The translations under genes and the position numbers were made by a program. A stretch of DNA of 32,000 nt, from the NCBI RefSeq assembly GCF_000016745.1, contig NC_009483.1, forward strand, positions 900,001 through 932,000. The letters run 5' to 3'. This DNA is from Geotalea uraniireducens Rf4 (GTDB taxonomy: Bacteria; Desulfobacterota; Desulfuromonadia; Geobacterales; Geobacteraceae). Of this stretch, positions 9,451-16,900 are shown piece after piece; positions within the stretch are counted from its first letter, which is position 1; each line of letters opens with the position of its first letter. Below the pieces are notes generated by a model that was given only the letters and a program-made list of their open reading frames with translations, searched no databases and was not told the DNA's origin.

Positions 9451-9532
9451 GTAAGGGCGCAATGCTTGCGCCCCTGCTGCAATAACCGGCATTGTTGCTA
9501 TTGCCATCAGGGCGCATGCAATGCGCCCTTAC
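9451..9532. repeat. Inverted pair of related palindromic hairpins (REP/BIME-like) between the dockerin-protein gene and the lipoprotein gene
   Basis: Hairpin 1 is GGGCGCA (9455-9461) / TGCGCCC (9467-9473). Hairpin 2 is AGGGCGCAT (9509-9517) / ATGCGCCCT (9521-9529). Flanks gtaagggcgca... (9451) and ...tgcgcccttac (9532) are reverse complements, so the two copies are in inverted orientation. Confidence 0.6.
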
Positions 9533-9555
9533 AAAACCATCCGGGAGAACAAACG

Positions 9556-10068
9556 ATGACAACAAATATCTCAAAATACCTGTTGCTGACCTTGACCCTG
9601 CTGACCCTCGCCGCCTGCGGCGGGGGAGGTGGGGGCGGCACAACAGACACGACCAAAACCACCGCCACTGTCAAAATAGCCCTGAGCGGCACGTTGCCGG
9701 CCGGCACCGCTATTGCCGGGGCCGCCTTAACCTTGACGCTGCCGGACAACGTTATTCCGGAACTGGTCAATGGAGCCGTGGCCGGCAGCGTTGTCACGCC
9801 ATCCGGTGTCTTTGCCGGAGGGGCGCTGGTTCCTGTGGTTTACAAGGAGGCCACTGCATCCTCCCCCGGCATGGTGGTGATTGCCCTTGCCAGCGCAGCC
9901 ACAACCGGTGTAGCCGAAACAGGTGAGGTAGCCACCGTCACCTTGCGCCTGACCAACAGCGCCGCACCGACCGCCGGCAGTTTTACGCTGGATCAGAAGG
10001 TGACCGATACCTCGGGCAAAGTCGTCAGCGGTTTGAGTGCGATCGTGAGTGGGGTGACGCTGCAGTAA
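9556..10068 (+). CDS. Lipoprotein (170 aa) with cohesin-like beta-sandwich domain
   Basis: RBS GGGAGA at 9543-9548. Signal peptide with lipobox LTLAAC followed by a Gly run. The remainder (VKIALSG.LPAG...LTLTLP....GEVATVTLRLTNSAAPTAGSFTL...GVTLQ) has the spacing and character of a cohesin module. The ORF-track start at 9466 lies inside the REP element and is rejected. Confidence 0.75.
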   Translation: MTTNISKYLLLTLTLLTLAACGGGGGGGTTDTTKTTATVKIALSGTLPAGTAIAGAALTLTLPDNVIPELVNGAVAGSVVTPSGVFAGGALVPVVYKEATASSPGMVVIALASAATTGVAETGEVATVTLRLTNSAAPTAGSFTLDQKVTDTSGKVVSGLSAIVSGVTLQ

Positions 10069-10200
10069 TCGTGACGCTGGTTGATCGCGAAGAAGGTGGC
10101 CGCGAAAACATCGAGGCGGAAGGGTACTGGCTGAAAGCGCTCTTTGTGAAGTCGGAGCCGGTCGCATAGTACTGTCGCAAGAACAAAACAAGATTGGTGA

Positions 10201-10641
10201 ATGAAAGGGGACACGTTGCGATGTGGTAAAGCAGCCTGTCCCTTTATTACTTTCCAGTTCTCCCAAGAGCGGATGACATACCTTGAGCAGAGCGGCACCG
10301 TCAACTATCGCTCGAAAGATGGCCACACGACGAAGAGCTTCAGCGCACTCGACTGGCTGGCACTGATAATCAGCCACATTCCCCGGCATGGTGAGCAGAT
10401 GGAGCGCTATTACGGATATTACAGCATCGCAGCCAGAGGCAAGCGCAGGAAGCTTGGGCTGGTTGATGTCGAGACAGCTGAAATCGCCGGGCAGGAAGCA
10501 GATTCGGCATATCGCAAGAAGTGCCGTGCCAACTGGGCGAGGCTGATCCGGAAGATTTACGAGATTGATCCGCTGACCTGCCCCAACTGCGGCGGCACGA
10601 TGCGGGTGCTGGCGTTTATCGAAGAAGCGGAAATCCCGTAA
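10201..10641 (+). pseudogene. Remnant (C-terminal ~146 aa) of an IS91-family (Y2/HUH rolling-circle) transposase
   Basis: ...FSQERMTYLE.SGTVNYRSKDG....FSALDWLALIISHIPRHGEQMERYYGYYS...ANWARLIRKIYEIDPLTCPNCGGTMRVLAFIE matches the conserved C-terminal part of IS91-type transposases. The N-terminal catalytic ~250 aa are absent, with a stop immediately upstream at 10198-10200. There is no RBS, and the extreme C-terminus also looks cut. Confidence 0.6.
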
Positions 10642-10658
10642 GTTTATCTGAAATTGCG

Positions 10659-10687
10659 TTGACACTACCCGGCGACGGGTGTATTTT
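10659..10687 (+). promoter_or_regulatory. Candidate sigma70-type promoter of the STAND regulator gene
   Basis: TTGACA (10659-10664), a 17-nt spacer, then TATTTT (10682-10687), about 100 nt upstream of ATG 10785. Confidence 0.4.
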
Positions 10688-10784
10688 CCGTCCAGTCAAA
10701 AAAGCAAATTCCTATCCCTTTATCCCACATCCAGGCCCTCTGGAGAATCCGTTCAGGTTTAATGGCGAGAACAGAATCAACCCC

Positions 10785-13700
10785 ATGAATAAACGCTTGA
10801 TTACGTCAATAGCAAAAATTTCCGCCCCGAAGGTTTCGGGGACGGTCGAGCGGGAACGGCTTTTCCGGCTGCTCGACCATGGGCGGGAGAAGCCCGTGGT
10901 ATGGATTGCGGCGCCGGCGGGCTCGGGCAAGACCACCCTTGTTTCCGGATGGCTCGACAACCGCCGGATACCCTCCATCTGGTATCAAATCGATAGCGGT
11001 GATGCCGATCCTGCCACGTTTTTCATGTATTTCGGCTTGGCGGCGCAAAACGCGGCGCCGAAAAAGAAAAAAAAGCTCCCCGTCCTGACGCCGGAATACT
11101 TGATGGGGATCCCCGTGTTCAGCCGCCGCTTTTTTGAGGATGTTTTCAGCAGGCTCCCCATACCAGCCGTCATCGTGTTCGACAACTACCAGGACGCGCC
11201 CGCCGATTCACCGCTTCATGAAATCCTGCGGTGCGGCATCGATGCCGCGCCGGCAGGGATCACCTTCGTTGTCCTGAGCAGATGCGATTCACCCCCGCAA
11301 CTGTCGCGTATCCGTATCACCGATCGGCTCCATTTTCTGGGGTGGTTCGATCTTCGCTTTTCCGTTGAAGAGTCGAAGACCATGGCAATAAGTCATGGTT
11401 GCGCAGATCTTGACGATGATGTACTGCTGCGCTTGCATGCAAAAGCCAACGGCTGGGCCGCCGGGCTGGCGCTTCTGCTCAGATCGCGGGAACTGGGGCC
11501 TGTCCGTGGCCCATCGTTGAAGACCCCCGCTGTGCTCTTCGATTATTTTGCCGAGGAAATCTTTCGGTTAACCGATGGCGCCACCCGCGATTTCCTGTTG
11601 AAAACCTCCCTTTTCCCCTCCACGACTGTCTCCATGGCCGAGCATATTTCCGGAAACAACGATGCCAGCGCCATCCTGGACCGCCTGAACAGAGAACATT
11701 ATTTTATCGAAAGCCACGTATCCGATGATCCGGTCTATCAGTACCACCCCCTCTTCAGGGAGTTTCTCCTGAACAGGGCGAAGAGCCTGTTCGCGCCCGA
11801 TGCATTGGCCGATATGCAGCGAGATGCCGCGCGGCTTCTTGAACAGGCCGGACAGATAGAGGATGCGGCACGGCTTTACAGTGATGCCGGAGACAGTGCC
11901 GGTCTTGCCCGGTTAGTGACCCGTCATGCTCGGGAACTCTTGCTGCAAGGGAGAAACAAGAGCATTCGGGAATGGATGGCAAGCCTGCCCGAGAAAACGA
12001 TGAATGACGATCCATGGCTGCTCTACTGGAGCGGGATGTGCTCGTTTCCGATGGATCTGCCCGGAACAAGACAATATCTCGAACAAGCCTTGGCGTTGTT
12101 CAGGATGAATGAAGATCTGCCGGGCATCTATCTCTCCTGGGCAGGCATCGTGGATAGCTATGCCTTCGGTGACGAGTGGAAGAGTCTTGACAACTGCATT
12201 ACGGTCTTCGACGACCTGACAAGCTCCTATCCGTCCTTCCCATCACTGGAAATCGAGCTCGTCGCCTCATCCAGGATGCTGTTATCCCTCACCTTGCGAA
12301 AAACGAATCAGCCGGAACGGGTTGAACGTTGGCTTGCTCGCGTTTCCGCGCTGCTGCAGGAAAATCCCTCTTTCGATATCCAGATGGACATCTTTTCCTG
12401 CATGAGTCTCTATTATCTCTGGAAAGGGGAGTATGACAAAAATGCCCTGCTGCTTGAACGGGCCGTGGCTGAGGTCAGTCATCGAAAAGCATCTTCCTTT
12501 GCGGTCATTCGCATTAAATTGATGAGCGGTATTCATTACTGGATAACGGCAGATTATCAGGCCGCTTTGCAGGCACTCTCCGAAGGGCTTGATGTTTCAG
12601 CCAAAAGCGGCGTCCATCTGTATGACTCCCTGTTATGGAGTTTCAAGGCTGCGACCGAAATGGCGGCTGGCGAAATGGAGAATGCGGAGAACTCCATGAA
12701 GCATCAACTGAAGTCGCTTCTCGGCATGGAGAATGCGCTGAACAGTTTCTGGTATTACATCAACTCCGCCTGGCATGCGCTCCTTACCGGTAACCCGTCC
12801 CGTGCTGCCGAACATATGGAGACCGCCTTTGCCAGGACGGAAAGCATGGGGACCCCATACTACCAGGCATTGTGGCACGTCGCCATGGCGCAGGTGGCCT
12901 TTCTGCAGGGGCGTGCCGGTGAGGCGAGAACCCTTGTCCGGACGGCGCACCGCATCAGCCTGACGATGAAAAGCCTGGTTATGGAGTGGTACTCGCTTAT
13001 GATCGACGCCTGGCTTCTTTTGCAGGAAGGGGAGGAAACGGAGGGGCTTCTATCGCTTCGCCGCGGTCTGTCGCTGGGGAGGAAACACGGCTATGTTCAT
13101 CTTGAATTCTACCAGCCGACCGTCATGCGCTTTCTTTTTGCAAAGGCGCTGGGGGAGAGGATAGAGCAGGAGTATGTGAAGGGGCTTATCAGGAAACTGG
13201 GACTGACGCCTCCCTATCCTCTTGAGGAATGGCCCTATCCTATAAAGATCCACACCCTCGGCCGGTTCGAGATCCTCAAGGACGATGAACCGCTTGTATT
13301 TTCCGGGAAAGTCCCGAAAAAGCCGTTGGAACTGCTCAAGGCATTAATTGCCTTCGGCGGCAGGGAAGTGTCCAGGGAACGGGTGACCGACGCCCTCTGG
13401 CCCGATGCTGACGGCGACCGGGCCAATAATGCCTTCAAATTTTCGCTGCACCAACTCCGGCTGCTTCTGAACAAGGATACCGCGGTAACGCTGCATAATG
13501 GTCTTGTGGCCTTTGACCCCCGTTATTGCCGGATCGACGCGGTGGAGTTCATGCGTCTGTCCGGAGAGGTTATCGCCCTGAGCCGGAAAACGGACCACGA
13601 CAGCCCCGAATCCGAAGCCCGAAACATCGGCGATCTTGCCCGACAGGCCATGGAACTTTATGGCGGCGATTTCCTCCCAAATGATGTGGAACTCCCCTGG

Positions 13701-13787
13701 ACTGCGCCGGTACGGCATAAGCTCCGCGAAAGGATGCAGCGGATGCTTGATGTTTCAGGGCATCATACCGGAAACCCGGAGCGGTAA
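10785..13787 (+). CDS. MalT-type STAND ATPase regulator with C-terminal SARP-like winged-helix (OmpR/PhoB type) plus BTAD domain
   Basis: N-terminus ISAPKVSGTVERERLFRLLD...VVWIAAPAGSGKTTLVSGW...WYQIDSGDADPATFF resembles the MalT N-terminus with a Walker A motif. A long helical, TPR-like middle follows. C-terminus IKIHTLGRFEILKDDEPL...KKPLELLKALIAFGGREVSRERVTDALWPDADGDRANNAFKFSLHQLRLLL......AMELYGGDFLPND...W...RHKLRE resembles SARP DNA-binding plus BTAD. Start chosen at the first ATG after the promoter-like element. Confidence 0.8.
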   Translation: MNKRLITSIAKISAPKVSGTVERERLFRLLDHGREKPVVWIAAPAGSGKTTLVSGWLDNRRIPSIWYQIDSGDADPATFFMYFGLAAQNAAPKKKKKLPVLTPEYLMGIPVFSRRFFEDVFSRLPIPAVIVFDNYQDAPADSPLHEILRCGIDAAPAGITFVVLSRCDSPPQLSRIRITDRLHFLGWFDLRFSVEESKTMAISHGCADLDDDVLLRLHAKANGWAAGLALLLRSRELGPVRGPSLKTPAVLFDYFAEEIFRLTDGATRDFLLKTSLFPSTTVSMAEHISGNNDASAILDRLNREHYFIESHVSDDPVYQYHPLFREFLLNRAKSLFAPDALADMQRDAARLLEQAGQIEDAARLYSDAGDSAGLARLVTRHARELLLQGRNKSIREWMASLPEKTMNDDPWLLYWSGMCSFPMDLPGTRQYLEQALALFRMNEDLPGIYLSWAGIVDSYAFGDEWKSLDNCITVFDDLTSSYPSFPSLEIELVASSRMLLSLTLRKTNQPERVERWLARVSALLQENPSFDIQMDIFSCMSLYYLWKGEYDKNALLLERAVAEVSHRKASSFAVIRIKLMSGIHYWITADYQAALQALSEGLDVSAKSGVHLYDSLLWSFKAATEMAAGEMENAENSMKHQLKSLLGMENALNSFWYYINSAWHALLTGNPSRAAEHMETAFARTESMGTPYYQALWHVAMAQVAFLQGRAGEARTLVRTAHRISLTMKSLVMEWYSLMIDAWLLLQEGEETEGLLSLRRGLSLGRKHGYVHLEFYQPTVMRFLFAKALGERIEQEYVKGLIRKLGLTPPYPLEEWPYPIKIHTLGRFEILKDDEPLVFSGKVPKKPLELLKALIAFGGREVSRERVTDALWPDADGDRANNAFKFSLHQLRLLLNKDTAVTLHNGLVAFDPRYCRIDAVEFMRLSGEVIALSRKTDHDSPESEARNIGDLARQAMELYGGDFLPNDVELPWTAPVRHKLRERMQRMLDVSGHHTGNPER

Positions 13788-13809
13788 AAAACTCACCTTT
13801 TTTAAAAAT

Positions 13810-13844
13810 CCCTATCCTATCCCTATCCTTTTCGATGTTAACTT
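13810..13844 (+). promoter_or_regulatory. Two CCCTATCCT direct repeats with 11-bp phasing plus a -10-like hexamer upstream of the 13903 gene (candidate activator site)
   Basis: CCCTATCCT at 13810-13818 and 13821-13829. TAACTT at 13839-13844, preceded by TG at 13836-13837, lies 9 nt downstream. An A/T-rich tract lies upstream at 13787-13809. Confidence 0.4.
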
Positions 13845-13902
13845 TCTTCCGCAAACCTCAATTCGGTCATTCCCGAAACGATTCCGGGAGAAAGGGTACT
13901 CA

Positions 13903-16900
13903 ATGAAAAAAAATCAGAAGAGAGTTTTCAGAAGATTGCAAAAGTTTTCGACCGGACAGCCCGCATATTTGCGGCTGCTGGTCTGGCCGATCATTGCGCT
14001 GACGCTTGTTTTCGGACAGGCGTTTATTGTATCACCGGCAATGGCCTTGGGGGGCAGTTATACCCCGGCCGTCAGCGCCGGCAACGTCAGCGCGGGCAGC
14101 GCCACCCTGACGTTGAAATTTACCGGGGATTCCTCCACGCTGACCGGGAATTTCACCCTTCTGGCGGGGAACGGCGCCAGTTGCGGCAGCAGCGCTCAAG
14201 TCATTGCAGGAACGGACAGCGCGGACAAAGCAATTGGCGTCGCCGGCAGCGTCGTACTTCGCTCAGGCTCCGTGCCGAATATGAGCGTCGCTACCGATTA
14301 CCCGTACACGGTGGGCAACCTCAGCGCCGCCACCTCCTATACCGCCTGTTTCACCTCCAGCCCAGGTTCTACGCCTGCTTCGGCCAGTTTTAGCACAACA
14401 GCCGCCACCCCCCAGGTAGGCGCCTTCATGGGCACGGCCAGCGACACCGCTTTTACAGGCATTGCTCTCCCTTCCGTCATGGCCATTGCCCCGGACGGCG
14501 CCCCTTACGTGGCCTTCGGGTATTTGACTTCGGGTGGTGTAGCACACAAAGCCACGGTGAAGCGCTTTAATAGCCAGACCAAAGCGTGGGAACCGGTCGG
14601 CGCCGCGGAATTCACCGTCGATGCGGCCAATAGTATCTCTCTGGCCTTTGCCCCGAACGGCGCCGCTTACCTGGCGTCTTCCGACGATAACACCACCAAC
14701 GGAACCAAGGTGATGAGCTTTAATGGCGCGACCAGTACGTGGGAAGCGGTCGGCGCTACGCCCGTCTCTGCCGGCAGCACCGGTTTTAACTCACTGGCCT
14801 TTGCCCCGGATGGCACCCCTTACGTGGCGCTCGTGGAATTTGCAAACGGCGGCCAAGCCAGTGGCTATGTCAAGGTAAAGCGCCTTAACGGTTCGACCTG
14901 GGAAGACGTCGGCGCCCTGCCCGCCGACTACGCCACATACAGCTCCCTGGCCTTTACCCCCAACGGCGGCCTTTACCTGGCGTACGTGAAGACTGCACAC
15001 TCAGGCGCGGACTGGGGCACCGCCACGGTGAAGTTCCTTGCGAACCCGGCGGATCCCGGCGCTACCTGGGCAGATATCAACAATGATCCATCCAGTTCCT
15101 ATATCTACGGCGTTAGCGGCCTCTCCCTGGCTATCGCCCCGAACGGCACACCCCATGTAGCTTTTATGGATGCCGACACACGCTATCCCATAGTGATGCG
15201 CTACCTGAACGGCGCCTGGATCAAGGTCTGGAACGGCAGCGCCAATATAACAGCCGGCAGGGCGGCCGGCATGGGCAACCTGGTCATTGCCCCGGACGGC
15301 ACGCCATATCTGGCGACCGCGGATGAAAACACAGATCGCTCACAAACGCCGCTATTCGGCTTTAACGGCACGGACTGGATTCCTTTCGGCAGCAACTCTA
15401 CCATCTATAATTGGGGCCAGACTGCTCAACCGACCGTGGCCATTGCTCCGAACGGCATACCGTATGTGTTGATTAATGATATTAACACTTTCAACCCCAT
15501 GATAATGAAGGCGAACACCGACCCCATTCTCGCCGGCGTCACTACCGGCGCGGCGAGCAACATCACCACCACCGGCGCCACCGTGGCCGGGACGGTAAAC
15601 ACCACCGACGGCGGAACCACCACGGTTAGCTTTGAATATGGCGCTGACACCAGGTACGGCAGTCACACTACCCCCGTTACCGGCCAGTCGGCCGGCGCGT
15701 CAGCTTCCGCCTCCATCACGGGGCTGTTCTGCGGCGCCACCTACCACTACCGGATCAAGGGAACAAGCAGCCGCGGCCCCGCCTACGGCAGCGACAATAC
15801 CTTTGCCACCTTGGACTGCCAGCCAGGCCCGGCGCTGACCACTCCGAGCGCCAGCAATATAACCGTGGGGGGGGGCGCCACCCTGCAGTTTCAGGCAAGC
15901 GCCGTCAGCACCGGGTATTACACCGTGATGGCGGGGGCCGATGTCACCTGCGGCACCGCCTTGCAAATCAGGGGAGGCAAGGACAGCAACGGCAACACCG
16001 CAGCCATTTCCGGCTCCATGGCGCTGCAAGCCAACACTCCCGCCAGCATACAGTTAAACAGCCTGACCAACGCCGCCTACACCGTCTGCTTTACCGCCGG
16101 CACCAGCAGCACGCTGGCAACCGTTGCCTCGTTCAACCTGCTGACCCGCCCGGATTTCAGCTGGCAGCCGCTCGGTACAGCCGGAGCTTTCAGCGGCGAT
16201 GCGTCATACATCAAACTCGCCATTTCACCAACGGACAACACCCCCTACGTGGTGTTTCAGAATAATGTTCCCGGTGACCCGGATAATGGCAAGGCTGTGG
16301 TGAAGAGCTACAACGGCACATCCTGGAGCACGGTCGGTTCCGGCGGTTTCTCCACCGGAGACGCCTCTTTCATCTCTATGGCCATTGACAGTAACGGTAA
16401 ACCTTATGTGGCGTATCAGGACAGTGGCAACAGCGGCAAAGCCACGGTGAAGTCTTACAATAATGGCACTTGGGGCGAAATCGGGGTTACCGGCGGATTT
16501 TCCTCAGGTTTGGCCCAATACATCTCCATGACCTTTGCGCCGATGGGCAACGTTCCCTATGTGGCATACGCCGACGGCAGCGGCAGCAATAATGGCTCAA
16601 TCACGATGCAAGAGAACACAACCGGCAGTTGGAGCGTAGATGGGACCGGGACCGCCATCTCCGCCGCGAACGCCTCCAGCATCTCCCTGGCCTCTGATTC
16701 ATATTCTCAACAATATGTCGCGTATATTGACGGAAGCGACCTTAACAATAAACAGGTGAAGGTCCGGTACTATTATAATGATCCTGCTTTTCCTCTTTGG
16801 GATAACTACCCGGCGGTCTCAAGCAATTCACTCACCGATCTCTCCAATCTCTCCCTGGCGGTTGCGTCAGACTGCACACTCTACGTGGCATATCTGGATG

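Noticed and set aside
9727-10665. 312-aa minus-strand ORF across the lipoprotein 3' end and the IS remnant
   Set aside because: It overlaps two better explained + strand features and has no recognisable family features.
13636-13902. ORF-track N-terminal extensions (13636 for the giant gene; likewise 9466, 10659, 19311, 20835, 21598, 23850)
   Set aside because: The extensions overlap upstream genes or REP, promoter or terminator elements and lack an RBS. Internal ATGs with good Shine-Dalgarno sequences immediately precede signal peptides or conserved N-termini.
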